Shown: piece after piece, positions 13,791 to 27,261 of the stretch | Layout of the letters: the number at the start of each line of letters is the position of its first letter | Position numbering within the stretch: position 1 is the stretch's first letter | Assembly (NCBI GenBank): GCA_051294905.1 | Contig: CM119371.1 | Span: 12,898,001-12,962,000, forward strand | Length of the DNA: 64,000 nt | From: Botryllus schlosseri | Lineage: Eukaryota | Direction of reading: 5' to 3' | Translations under genes and position numbers: made by a program | The notes under the pieces: model-generated | Databases searched by the model: none | The model's input: only the letters and a program-made list of their open reading frames with translations | Told to the model about the DNA's origin: nothing

Positions 13791-16700
13791 CATGAATACC
13801 ACAAACAATAACGATAATGCCTTGCATTACGTGGTAGATTACTATTTTCCGAAGTAATAATGATATGCCTGTCTCGGCCGCCCAAATCTTGAGTTTTATG
13901 ACTGGGTCGAGTTATGCACACCGGTCGAGTCACTTTCCATATCATAGCACTGATTCGAGTCAAGTCTAGTCACCTAAAAAGCTCGAGTCGAGTCATTTTG
14001 CCATGTCATATCCATTTACGAAGTTACAATATATTGCTAGCCATATTTGGTTGCTTAGCTAACTGTGCTGCATTCTCCAATCACGTGATTACGATCTATC
14101 CCCAGTTTAATTATGTTATATATCTACAGCACTGACTTCTGTCTCCATCTGTATGAATAAACACAATTCGCAGGTTGACACGGTATAGTTTAGTCACGCA
14201 GCGAATTAGATAACTGGAAGTAGAACTGCTTCAATCGAAATCCCAACAGCCTCGGTATTATCTCTGTCTGAACGAGAAAAAAAGGGGATGAAGGGATGTG
14301 GATTGTGGATATAATGTGGCTGCCATATGCCTCCGGCGGCTTTGCAAATGTCTTCTTATAGTCAGTAATAATTGGCCTCGCAGGTAAAGTGAAAAACCAC
14401 TGGCTCGGTTACTGCAGAATATTTTGCAATTGAGCACAGCTGCTCCAGTTGTACAGTCGAGGGTGGTTAAAAGGCAGAGGGCAATGATTCATGTGCTCGA
14501 ATCTGAATGAATTTTCAATTGCACGGATTCGAGCCGAGTAGTGAGAAATGATTCTTTAGAATATTGAAATTATGCATCGCTAACAATTGATTTATCAACG
14601 ACAATAATAGTTTCGACAGTGTTTCCCAAGTGGTTCATGATAATTCTACATTTCAAATAGCAATTTACGACACAATATGAGAACGCTTCTCAGAAGTGAT
14701 GTATCTCGGTACTACACTCTAAATCCGCAAGGTCGTTTTGAACACTTCGTAACACATTATTCCGTGTGCAGACACACTTTTTTTACGCATATTAACACAT
14801 TGGGCCATAATCGTCGCAACACTTCTGCGTATTTCACCGTTTATATGTAACGCTTCGCATTGCGGCTTACTTTCAAGGTAATTTATACTAGGTAATTGGT
14901 TATCAATTTTGTATTTAACATGAACAATAGGTAGGTTTGGAATTACATAAAATCACAGCGTAATAAAATAATATTCTTCAACGGACCAAATCACTAAGTG
15001 AGTAATATTTCAGTAAAATAGACATCTTTCCCTGAGACGCAAAGACGTCACCACATTCGTTACGGTAGAGCTGTTTCGTTTTCAGTTAGGTTGAATTGGT
15101 GGTTCGCCAGGGAGAGAGTTCGGTACACTAAAAGACTTGGCGCAATGGATAAATTTAAGCAGTTTCTACTACCTAATGGCGTAAAGGATCATCACACCCA
15201 TGTACTGTAAGGTATGGGAATACGGTGAATGTTATTGAATATATTTAATGTGAGAATAGCCATAAAATGAGCTCGTTTTGACATTGCAGCAGGGTCGTTT
15301 GATTTAGATGTTTTGGTAGGCTACTGATATCTCTCACTAAAAAGTATGTTCTTTCGATATTTTGCAGTACGTGACTCGCCTGAGTTACGGGTTCTGGAAT
15401 AGATATAAGGATGGCAGGAATCGACAATCTTATTGCTGGATTCTTGAGCTTTGAATCTGATGACATGCCAGGCTGCGACCAGGTCCAGTACTACGGTACT
15501 AATGGAAAGCTACTATCGACCTAACTTTTTTGATGTATGGATAAAATTTTGTTCTCTCTAGCCACACTGAAATAGCCCTATCTAGGCGATATTGTGGTCC
15601 ATTGTGGACAAGTACTGCAATGTCAGAAATTGATCACCGCTATGACAATCAGTCAACGGTTTTGATGGTTTTGCAACTGCAACACATTTTACATTGCACG
15701 GTTTATTACAAGTTGTAAGGTAATAACTAAGGCATAGGAATTGATTCTTCTATCAAAATCCGCATGATAAAAAATTATGATGTAGGCAATATTGTCATAA
15801 TGAATAAAAACGGTTTGTCACCAATAGTGTACGCAAAACTTCAGTGTTTCCTGTCAACAACTGCTGCTGCTGCTGTAGAACGTTCTTTCTCCATTATTGG
15901 CAAGCTATACTTAGTAAGGACGGACACTTTCTACCCGATATTGTACTACAACAAATTTTTAATTATGTCTATCATAATACGAGATGTAACTAACTATTAC
16001 TGGAATTCTTCATGGGTCCAGATTTCGATAACATATGGTTTATTTCAGGCCAAACTACTTCGTAAGATTAGACAGTTCCAACCACAAATAAAGATACATA
16101 GTACATTTCTAGCATTATGTGGGAAAACACTTAATTTACATACATGAGGTCAAAATTTGGTTACAATTAAGTTTCTTAAGGTCATAATATGTTGAAATCT
16201 TGCTTCTTTTTAGGTCAAAAAAATCGCCCTAATAATAACACAGCCAAACAGTCTTTTCACCAAACCATGGATTACAAGTGGATGTAATTGCTTTACCCAA
16301 TCCCTGAATTTGACTTTCCTAAGTTTATTATGATACGGTAACTGAACTAAACTCTATTGTGCAGGTAGTATGTATTGAAATTGGCACCTTTTTGAAATGC
16401 ATTTGCTGTATGGAATGCTGGTAAGCATCGCGGTGTTTTGTTAGTATACTGGTATATCCGATAATGAATTTGATTCTGATGCATTCGGTTATCTTTGTTA
16501 TAAAGATTTTTATGAATGTTGATAAAATTTCACCAAAATGATTAACAATCCAGGAACTATACTACCTGTGCCTGAGTAAAATTTGTATGTATGTATAAGG
16601 GGTTTTATGGTGCTCGACTACTAAGGTCTTGTGCACCAGGCCTGGGGGAGCTAATAGTTGAATCATATACGTCTACACAATACAACAAATTCTATGACTG

Positions 16701-18416
16701 GATTAACCATACGCGGGTCAGTCAGACAGTCCAAGTTAAAGCTCACACTGCTCTGTTCAGCTACATTTTTTAAATATTGTCTCTGGTGATAGTATCGAGG
16801 ACACGTTAGTAGGAAATGTTCGACAGTTTCTGGTACGCTGCACGTTTCGCAGAGACCACTGTCATGACTATACTACCTGTGCGTGAGTAAAATTTGTGGT
16901 AACGTCACGTGTAACTTTCCATTAAATTTCCTAATTATTCTATGAAAGACTCCTATCTGTCACGCACAACTTATTTCCGATAACAACAACTGTATCCATT
17001 CTGATATCTGTGTGAATATTGAATAGTTCATTTGTATTGCAAATTTTTGAAACCAATATTTTATTTTCAACAGTCTTGGATTGATCCTCAAATTCGTCCA
17101 ACTGATGCCAAGTCCGTGAAAAGAGCCCCTTGGTTCTACTGTGCCTACGCTATCACACAATGTTGACAGTGACTTGAAGAGTCACTCGTTAGCAGATTTT
17201 GTACCGGTGCAGTCATTTCATGCGATACAGACGTTTCTCTCAAGAACCCCTAGAAACATGTGAGGATGTAAGCTTATTTAATAATTTTATATATCACCAT
17301 TGATTATTTAATGTCCTGGTTTTTGCAGTCCTACTTTTCTCAAACTATCTCGCAGACTAGACTACGGACTATGCGATATGAGCTTAAAAAGTCTTCATCT
17401 GTGTACGTAGGTGTAAACGTAATGATCTCATGTAACTTGTATTTAAACTATTGCTTACTGAAATATAACGCACTATGTGAACATCAAATTGGGAGCATTT
17501 TCCATAACCTGCTAATTCAAATTAATCGCATTAATTAAATTTAATCAGGAATGGAGGATTTTAAAACATTGAGAACAGTTACAATTGCTGCAATGAAGGA
17601 AAAGTACTCAACACCTTCGATAAGATGTCACAAAGTTTTTGCACTAAAGACGATCGTAGTGTCCTTTGTCTGATATATTTCTAGATTAAAAGTTTATGTA
17701 AAGCCTATGTCAATTATTATAATGGAAATGTGAACCCATAGGAACAACGATTCTAACCCCATTAATGCAATTTATTTTACTATATTTATTGTCTGATCCT
17801 ATTTGCAATCAATTTTATTTTCAGAAAAATGACGTTGACGAAGTCAACTGTCTTCATCTCCAAGCAAAATTGAGAGACAAACGAATATATTTTTCAAGAC
17901 CCGTGTTCATGTCTTATCATTGAATCAGGTAATATTTCTGTTTTATGGGACATACAAATTTAGATAGACCTGCAACGTTTTGTTATAAATTTCATTCAAC
18001 GTTACATTTTCTGCATTTTCACTGTTGTCTGTACATCTGAATGTAAATGTAAATGTCAAAATGGCCGAATTGATAAAAAGACAGACCTGAGTAAAGATAT
18101 TTTTATTAGTCGTTTTGCTAATTTTAGTCTTACTCCTACTCAGTGATAGGATTTCACATGTAGCCGAGCGCCTTTCATGTGCTTCTGTAATCTACCTGTC
18201 TGAAATATTTATATTTATTTCTGCATAAAATTTAGAATTTTCCTGGGCATATTCAAAACTTAGGTATTTCATCATATTTTCAAGGAGCACCACCTGAAGT
18301 CTACCAGTAAAAAGACCGAGCCGCCATGGCACGCCACGAATCAGGGATTCATCAAGCCTGGGTTGCAGCTTACCGCAAGAATATAAAAATGCTTCAGCAA
18401 AGATTGTTGCTACTAT

Positions 18417-19610
18417 CAGGGCTTTGGAGCCGGAGCCCGGAGCCGGAGCCCCGGAGCCGTACATTTTCACCGGAGCCGGAGCCGGAGCTCTACATAAAAT
18501 CCAGCCGGAGCCGAAGCCGGAGCTGGAGCCCGTTATTTGAGGAGTAGCTCCGGCTCCGACGAATTTCATAAAATGCTATTATATATGCAACAACCACATC
18601 TGCTGATTTATCATAATTGAACAGCAGGCCCGAATTTTAATGCTGTGCACAGCAATGGCATAGAGTAAAGTGCGTTCTAGTGCAACTATGACAATTGACA
18701 AGTATTCATTATGACGCCACACGCCGGCATGGCGGCACCTATGTCTTCGTTGTTACATCGGATGTTACTGACGGCTGACAGACTCTAGATTACTATAGAT
18801 AACTAACCTATGGGTAGATTAGTAATCTATATAGACCATGAATGGCCAACCTTATCGGCTAAATGGGCACATGCAATTGACGAACGAGTGCGCGGTCCAC
18901 TAGCCGCGCCAAGCGGGTAAAATTTTCAAAGTTTATAAATAAACTATAGGTCAATAATATTATTACTTGAGTATATTGCGGGTCTACTGTATACCGCCCG
19001 CTAGGCTCAGTTTGCAAGGACACGACTATTCGGCGTCTGGCCACATCGATATCGAAGGTCTCCAATAATATGCGACAATAATTTTGTGCCTACATTTCAC
19101 CGTCGACGATCTTTATGCGAGCGCAAACGTGAAAAGACTTTCTCCCATAATTGCGAATACAGTTAAACTCAATCGGACAAATTATAGGCGTTTTTTTTTC
19201 ATTCTCAGTAGAGGGTAGGCTACCAAGCATGAAATCATGTGACAATAAACACGCGAAGCGTGAAGAAAAATTTCACTACTATTTTATTTTTCACTTCTAG
19301 TTTATTGTAATGTATGACGATTTACTGAAAATGTGACTGGACCCTGGAGATGCCGATGCGTCGGAACTGATATTTTAGTCATCAACATCCCAAGTGTCGC
19401 AGCCAGACTTGTAATTTTTGGTTGGCATTGCAAGTTCACAATCTGAGCAATTCAGTTTCGATAATATAATAGTAAATTACCTCGCGGACCACGCAAAACC
19501 CTCTCGCCGGCCGCCGGTTGGCCACCCGTGATATAGACAGGGTCATTCGATAATTTCAGAGCCGGAGCTGGAGCCGGAGCAGTTTAAATTTACGGCTGCT
19601 CAAAGCCCTG
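18417..19610. mobile_element. hAT MITE with (CCGGAG)n subterminal repeats, carrying a nested MITE at 18837-19530
   Basis: TIRs cagggctttg / caaagccctg with TSD gctactat; the nested element has TSD atatagac; absent from copy A. Confidence 0.9.
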
Positions 19611-20654
19611 GCTACTATGTATTGGATTTCTCATATCCTAAATGAGGACTTCTCAAACTGGGGGCGTGAAATCGTTTGAAGGAGCGCGAAGCTGCAGTCA
19701 ACTGAAATTTTTTTCGCGCGCGGTCCGATTTACCTCCAACTCATAACAATTTCTCTTTGTATGGTCATAATTTCATATTTGAGTATTCTCTCCTCAACAT
19801 CCATTAACTTCCGTGCCATCAAACTATCCGTTGGGATTTCTAGCATTCTGGTTGATTTTTATTTTATGATATGACGATAAGGGGTGTGTGAAATTCTTGG
19901 GTGTCATAAAGGGGGGGGGGGCGTGTCTTACAAAGTTTGAGAACCACTACCCTAATGACTTCAAGATTTCAATTTTTTTGCAGCGGGCTGTGGTAAAGGA
20001 AAACAAAAATTTGTATTGACTCGAAGAAACGATTTCTTTGTTGTTTAAACTAAAAGTGATTGGCATTACCCTGATATAAATACTTGTAATGCAAGCACTA
20101 GAATATTTTTGATGCCTGGTTAGCGGGCCCAATTTCATGCCGAGGTAACAAATACTTGTGGTTGGTTTTCATGGTAGCGGTAGTGGTACTGATACATTTG
20201 TTTTGTTTGTTAATAATACAATTTGGAATTTACAAACCATAATTTGATAAGTTTTCAATAAGTTGTAATTATTTGCATTGGTCATGTTTTCTGCTAATCG
20301 ACGTAACCATAACCAATAAAGTTGATTCCATGCCCCTGTCATGAAAATTTAGGACACTAAATGATATTTTGTTATCACCATCCCAATGCATCGTTTTCAT
20401 TCCCATGATTGAGTGAGCTGCATGATTTGTAGTGAGTTTGCTCTGAATCATTTGTGATGTTCGTGATTTCATGGATTATTCCGGAAACGGTTTCAACTGC
20501 TGATTAGAATTTATGAAACTCTGTCACAGCAGCTATTGAAAATTTGAATTTTTGCACGTATTTATTCACCCAGTTTGGGTATTATAAGTGTCAATGATTC
20601 AATAAAATCTGATTTCATTTTGAGCCCTGCGTTCCGCTGACAGGTCAACCAGCC

Positions 20655-21500
20655 AGTCAGTCAGTCAGTATGCTTTATTCATCTCACCAACAAACACATG
20701 TAAATTGGTATAGATTGGGAGACGACGGGGGACCGGTAGGTCTTAGAATCAGTCGCCACCCAGCGGAGTTATATATGAGTAGATATGGCAAGATCAATAC
20801 TAACGAACTTATGACAGTTAACCAATGGACATAAAAATAAACAACAGATAAAAGTCATGGAAGATCAGCAGTAAGCATCCAAGCATAGTACTGGTATACA
20901 ATACACAGTGTGCACAGCAAAAATATGCAACAAAGCAAGAACAATGAAGACGAACCAAGTGGAACAGTATTACATCACAGTCAATGCAAATCATGGACCA
21001 TGACAGTATTTTTCAACAACAACAACAACGACAACAGAGGGAGGTGTAGCAAGTGGAACAGTATAACATCACAGTCATTACAAATTATACCTATTTCAGT
21101 ATTTTTCAACAAGAAAATTGCGGTATTTGATCTTGAACTGGTTGAACTGCATCGATCTATATTCTTCTGGATGGTTATTCCAGACCTTGGCACCCTTGAA
21201 GTTGAGACTGTTTTGTGACAATTTCTTAGAAACTTGAGGTAATGTTATTTTACCTTGAGAGCTAGATCTAGTGCCATATGAGTGAACCGAAGAAAATGTA
21301 TGGAAATAGTTCTTGAAAGATTTCCTATTAGAGTAGTATATTTTATGCATCATTTTGGCTAACTCGTAGTGATATAGATCTTTCAGTTTTAGAATGCCAA
21401 GTTTTTTATAGCCTGGTGACAATCGTTCACGTCGACCAAATCCACAGATGGCTCTAACAGCATGGTTTTGCAAAACTTCTAGAGGTCTAAGATAGGATTT
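20655..21500 (-). mobile_element. 5'-truncated L2/CR1-type LINE 3' end
   Basis: ORF 21096-21473 resembles a post-RT C-terminus (LQNHAVRAI..LGILKLKDL); aataaa followed by an (ACTG)n tail; absent from copy A. Confidence 0.8.
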
Positions 21501-22137
21501 TGAGACTGAACACTTTTTTTGGTAAAGACTTTAAATTTAAACACTTCGCAACACTTCTAAGGGTGGAGGCCAAAAAGCTGAGTAAAAACATCCTGGATTT
21601 TCGCCTAATCTGCGAGTTCCAAGATCTCCCGATTTAGAAGTAGATGATCCGCACGCCAAAACATTGGATGTTCGTGCGAAGTTAGTAGATCTACAAATCC
21701 AGGATGTAGGACGCTATTGCGTCAAAATGACGCAAAATGTAGTGATCCGTGGAAGGTTGCCATGTCGACCCATCGACTTCGTAGTAAATATTATGCTTTG
21801 GCAATGCTAATTGAAAATGTCGTCGATTTTGGTCATGTGCTATGAATGCCATCGTTTCCTAGGTAGACTTATGAAATTGATTTGAAGCCACTTTGCAGCT
21901 TTAATGCATATTACTCTGTAGTTTATTCACAGTTATAAGTTCTAAAAACGGCATTGCAAACTCTGGTACTGTTGTTATTACTGTATGTAGTATGGATATT
22001 TTGGACATCGTAGATGGCAGTTCGGACGACTAGAATACAATAAACACTTACGTGACCTTTGACACGGACCAATCAGATTGCAGTGTGATGTAAACAAACC
22101 GCGACATAGGGCAAACTTACTATTTGTGAGCTCTTAG

Positions 22138-22944
22138 TAGAGATGGGCTTAACCGATATTTTGCAGTAGCAGTTACGAACTGCTACTTTCGAAAACTTAA
22201 CTGTGATTTTTAACTGTTACTTTTTAGCAGTTAGATTGGAGGTAAACCCTACGTCACAATTGACCGCAAATTTAGTCGAAAAGTGCAAATGTATTCGTTT
22301 ACTTCTAAACTCGCCGATATCGAACCTCAACTTTAATCTAACAATTAATTATGATTGAAGTCATAATCGCACAGAGTCGTCTAGCCTCATCTTACTGTAA
22401 AGCTTGAAGAAAATTCATTCATGGAGTAGGCCTATATTTACAGAACCGCCCACCTTATGCCGTTCAAGTTTATTCATACAATTTCATCACTTCAAAACAT
22501 CACAAGACTGCAATACAATGAATGACAGGAAGATCCCGAAACGTCTAGGATAGTCTTTGAAATCAGACAACCACCTGGGCCTAGGCGATGTAAAGAGGAG
22601 GCATGCACACGACAGAAATGGATTTAATTTTGCAACCGAAGATGTCATTCAGTCTGATTGGGTGGTGGTTGAAGATGAGTACTGCTATTGTCACCAGTGT
22701 GATATGGTGGTCTGGTTGAGACTGTACTGTAGTGTAGTGGCACTCGTTTCTCGAATAATGAAACACACCAGAGAACTACCACTATTCCATCCGGTAGTCA
22801 AGGATAAATGTAGGCTATATTGAATGTCAAGGTGCTTATCTGCTATTCTGTTAACTGTGATTTGGGTTAGCAGGTAACTGCTACTGCTACTTGAGAAGCT
22901 TAACTTTTACTTTTTAACGGTCTGCTATTTTTTTCACATCTCTA
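22138..22944. mobile_element. hAT MITE inserted in the left TIR of the ISL2EU-type element
   Basis: TIRs tagagatg / catctcta; exact TSD gctcttag; the right TIR shows the empty site. Confidence 0.9.
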
Positions 22945-23303
22945 GCTCTTAGTCTTATGTCAAAAAGGTGAACGGATGAAGTCATAGTGCAATTACATTG
23001 TATCAGGCATATCTGATTTTGATGAATGGTAATAATATAGATCTAGTATGTATTTACAGTAATTCTAAACCAAAATATCCAGCAATGGTGGCAACTACGC
23101 AGCAGTATGATGTGTCCTAAAATGAATGCATTTTGATAACATTACGGATAAAGCCCAGCACTTAGCTGTTTCTTGTTATTCGTATACTGTAGGATTGCGA
23201 TACCGCATATTTCGACTGTTTCGTGGGCTAAGGTCTTAAGCAACATATACAAGCATATATTGTCTTCAGAAATTTATGATTTACATTGATTTGATTAGAA
23301 GCT

Positions 23304-26040
23304 ATGGAGATGCTACCAGATTTTTTTGATTTGAGTGGTATAACATTTTCTCCTAACGCCGCGGTAAAAGCTACGAAGTATTTCATGGAGTGCTATGTAC
23401 ACGATTTGGGCATACAGATTGAGGAGACAATCCACTCTTATTGTGGAAGCAATATTCTGGTGAGCGGGCGATGTTATCGCAGTATGCGGAAAAGTGAGGT
23501 GCCACATTCGATGGAAATCAAAGTTTTTGGAAAATCCATTATTGATTCATCTTGCACTTGTAAGACAGGGTAAATATCAAAACTGTCGTTTCTTCAGAGA
23601 ATCTTGCAATAGATATTGTTGATTTCTTTCAGACTTGGTTCTGATATATGCTCTCATGCATATGCATTAATAAAGACAATTCAGTACCTGAAGCTTCAAG
23701 GACTGAAAGACATCCCAAGGGATTTGTCATGCACAAGCATACCGCAATCATGGAATGTTCCACGTGGAGAAAAAATTCAGCCGGCACCAGTGAGCTCAAT
23801 CGTGATTGCCAAGCCATCTATTGATCGATATCGCAACCCATCTACTCCGTCTGCCTTAAGGTAAATTTTACTATATCTGGAGCCTTCACCTTTCTAATAC
23901 GCTTCCGAACATAACTAATCTTAGGACATCTGCACCTGGAAAACTGTTCATTCAACAAATCGGACATCTGAATGAGCTTCAAGGCACACCACTGGAATAT
24001 ATTGTGAACAAAGATACACCGTTGGTACCCACTGACCACGGCATCGCACAGTTAGGATCAGTAGCATGTTATCAGGTGATCAAGATATACGTTTACGATC
24101 TATACATTGGAACTTGAACAATTGCAGGATAATAATTTTCATTAAATTTTGTTTTTAATCAACTTATCTTGAAATAGAGTGTGCAAAGCACAGATAGTCC
24201 AGATTTTGTTGAGTTGATAGATAATACTGCATGGTATGACACCGGTCAAAATTCTATACTCTTTGATTCTTCCGATCAGTCGTTCAATATGGATACGGTG
24301 TCGTGCAATCCTTCTTGTTGTGGAGCAGTCCGGCCCTGACATTTGACGGTGTGCAGAAGGCCGTGGAGGAATATTCAAATTTAGATTCAATTTTTGATAT
24401 CTGACTCAATGGTGAATCCCTTGTCTGCCATAATAGCATCTCCTGCTGCGATATAGCCCAAGTCCATCATTTCTGCAATTTCCTGTATAATCCACATTGC
24501 TCGGTAATATTTTTATCTGATATGCTTCCGGTGAATAGTTCTCCCACAAAAATCACTGCACTGCCTGGGTCACAACCCACCAATCCTTTTAAAATCGTAT
24601 GTGATTTATAGTCCGAATAAAACTGTGATTGTAGTCGCAAAGAGCTTGGGGGTTGAGTCTTCAGCTCGGTACAGTCAATAATCACTATAGTTTGTGGAAA
24701 TTCACGAATGAATTCAGATGGTGCATTTTTTAGAATCACATCTCTATGTGGCCAGATTGAAATTTTGATTAAGCAGCTATACATGTGATTCACCCAATTG
24801 TTGAATATTATGCTTACAGTATTGATAGAAATTCGAATTCTGTGGGATAAGTCCAACAATTGGAAATTTCTCCTCAGTCTTGCCAATGTTAATAGCAGAT
24901 GATCTGCACTACCATGCAGGGATAACTCGAAGCGATTATCCGGATAATTCACATTACCATCACATGTCAGAAGTTTATGTAATGCCGAAAAAGAATTTGG
25001 ATGTAGTCCAATATAGAATTTCATAAGTTTCTCCGAATCTTTTGACATCATGATACTTTGAAAACTGAACTTTGCTAGCATTAGTTCGTTTGTCAAATTG
25101 TTATTTTCCTGGCGGAGTTTCCTGTTCGCTGCGTCTAACCCTTCTAGGAATTTTATTCTTGTGTTCTTTCCATCAATTTCCTCTTTCATACACTGGATCT
25201 GAGCAGCTTCACATAAGACGTCCAATGAGCCTGTAGAAACATATTTTTATTTTACAGAGCAATTCCGCTGTGCGGGCACCTGTCAAGGCATACTCCTCCA
25301 ACTCCTGCAATGTTTCACCACTACCAATAGCATCAACTATCCGCCTCCCTACTGAATATAACGGTCTCAAGCAATTTCAAGCCATTACACATCACCAAGC
25401 AACAGCACTAGAGCGGAATACTAGGATGAAAACAATAAGCCGGTTGTGGCACCATGAAAGAAAGCTCCGTCTGACCGCATCTCAGTTTGGACTTATTTTG
25501 AAACGGAAAAGTGTGCCTTCTAAATCATTTCTCGATTCCATATTTAAGCCACGGAAAGTTATTGCTGCATCAGTCAAGTATGGCCAGGCCAATGAACGAA
25601 AAGCTCGGCAACAGTACAGCAGATTGAAAACTGTCCACACTCATAACTGCGGCTTGGTAGTCAACCCAGAATTCCCATTTTTGGGTGCCACTCCTGATGG
25701 AACAGTTTGTGACGGCGACGGATTTGGAATTATGGAAATCAAGTGTCCATATTCTGCTCGGGAAATGTCAATTGAGGAAGCTGTCGCCAAAATAAAAATT
25801 GGCTGGCTTACTATGTCCCCCACGACTGGCTACTGTCTTCAACCTGGTAGTATATATTATTACCAAATCCAAGTTCAAATTTTGGTAACTGGTGCCCCTT
25901 GGTGCGACCTTGTTGTCTATACTAAAATTAGCTTGGAAGTAATCAGAATATACCCAGATATTCCTACAATTCCAAGACATGCTATCTCGCCTATGCCACT
26001 TCTACAATGAATATTGCCAGCCGTACATACGCAATCTTTA
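23304..26040 (+). CDS. Spliced SWIM zinc finger + YqaJ/lambda-exonuclease protein; predicted exons 23304-23569, 23633-23860, 23925-24075, 25258-26040 (probable 1-bp frameshift near 25970)
   Basis: GT-AG junctions join in frame; SWIM CTCKTG/LGSDICSH; YqaJ motifs RLTASQF, LGATPDG, EIKCPY, YYYQIQ. Confidence 0.85.
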
Positions 26041-26713
26041 ACTACTGCAACATTGTTTTCCATGTTAAATTAATACACTGATTGCTTGTTGAATGATTTA
26101 ACTGACTGACTAGGCTGATACTGTGAATGAGGTATCTCAACCATCTCCGATGCTATCTCTTGCACTTCATTAGGCTCGTCAGGCATATCTTGATTCTTGC
26201 TCGGAAGACTTGTACTGCTGAAAATGGAAGGTAAAAAGTGATAATTTTACATCATTTTAGGAAACAGATATAGTGTAATCTTGCAAAGATTTTGGATACC
26301 TTCAATAAGAAAATGGTAGGTTGGGAATGGGGACATAATCAATCACCTGTTGCCTGCTTTACGCCTCTTCCTTGAACGTATTTCCTTACCATCATGTGGT
26401 ATTGGATAGGGATACTGCTCCGTAGGACCAATCTGATTGTGAAAATGCTGAGGAAAGGAGAACTAGACTAATAATTCAAGCAATGGTTTGGTTTTTGGAC
26501 AATGTACCTTGGAGCATACATACGAGAATCTTCTAATCGAATCAGGATTTAGCTGACTATGAGAAGAGGACGTCCGCAGGCCTTTATCCATATTTTACAT
26601 TCTTCCATGAGTGTTTTTGGCTTTGGAAAAGGTGTGAACTGCACATCAGGATTACGATCTGGGTAGTGACTGTCACTGTTACAACGGCCATAGGAACAGT
26701 GTTTATGCGGCAT
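24142..26713 (-). pseudogene. Spliced THAP + HTH + DDE_Tnp_4 transposase; predicted exons 26713-26508, 26447-26347, 26217-26111, 25230-24142; about 3 frameshifts
   Basis: THAP MPHKHCSYGRC..FPKP..WIKACGR..VCSK/HF; DDE motifs IIDCTE, MADKGF, RIHIER. Confidence 0.85.
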
Positions 26714-27261
26714 TTGTATTGATAGATTCAATAAATAAGCTAGAAAAAATCAGGAATTTACTACTACATACGGTAGCCTATATATGATGTAGTGGTGTAG
26801 CGTGTAGGAAGCTTATAGGATTCCTTAAATAGAACACTTATCACTTTGAGCGCGCATAATTAATACCACAACCTATTCTGACTCAAGCCACCACTAACAT
26901 ATGCAATTCAGTACCGCTATCCTGCAGTATACTAATACTGGTAGCAAGAAATTCCACTTCTTGCTTCACCCGAAAAGTTGTTAAATACTGCTGCGTAATT
27001 GCCTTCATTGCTGGGTGTAGTAGGCTAATTTGAAAAGAAAACCGTGATTAGAATTACTGTAAATACATACTAGATCTATATTATTACCATTCATCAAAAT
27101 TAGATATGCCTGATACAATGTAATTGAACTATGACTTCATCCGTTCACCTTTTTGACATAAGACTAAGAGCTCACAAATAGTAAGTTTGCCCTATGTCGC
27201 GGTTTGTTTACATCACACTGCAATCTGATTGGTCCGTGTCAAAGGTCACGTAAGTGTCTAT

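Larger units (their letters stand above)
14712..21560 (+). repeat. Copy B of the segmental duplication; resumes at 31147-31225 after the Harbinger insertion
   Basis: Colinear with 2572-8790 apart from later insertions. Confidence 0.9.
22042..27259. mobile_element. ISL2EU-type (Harbinger-superfamily) transposon with ~250 bp TIRs
   Basis: Left 22042-22137 plus 22953-23108 is the inverted copy of 26985-27259; AT TSD; encodes a THAP-DDE transposase and a SWIM-YqaJ protein. Confidence 0.88.

Noticed and set aside
25270..26010. Phage or viral recombinase acquired by horizontal transfer
   Set aside because: The YqaJ domain is the last exon of a spliced gene inside transposon TIRs and is the known ISL2EU accessory protein.
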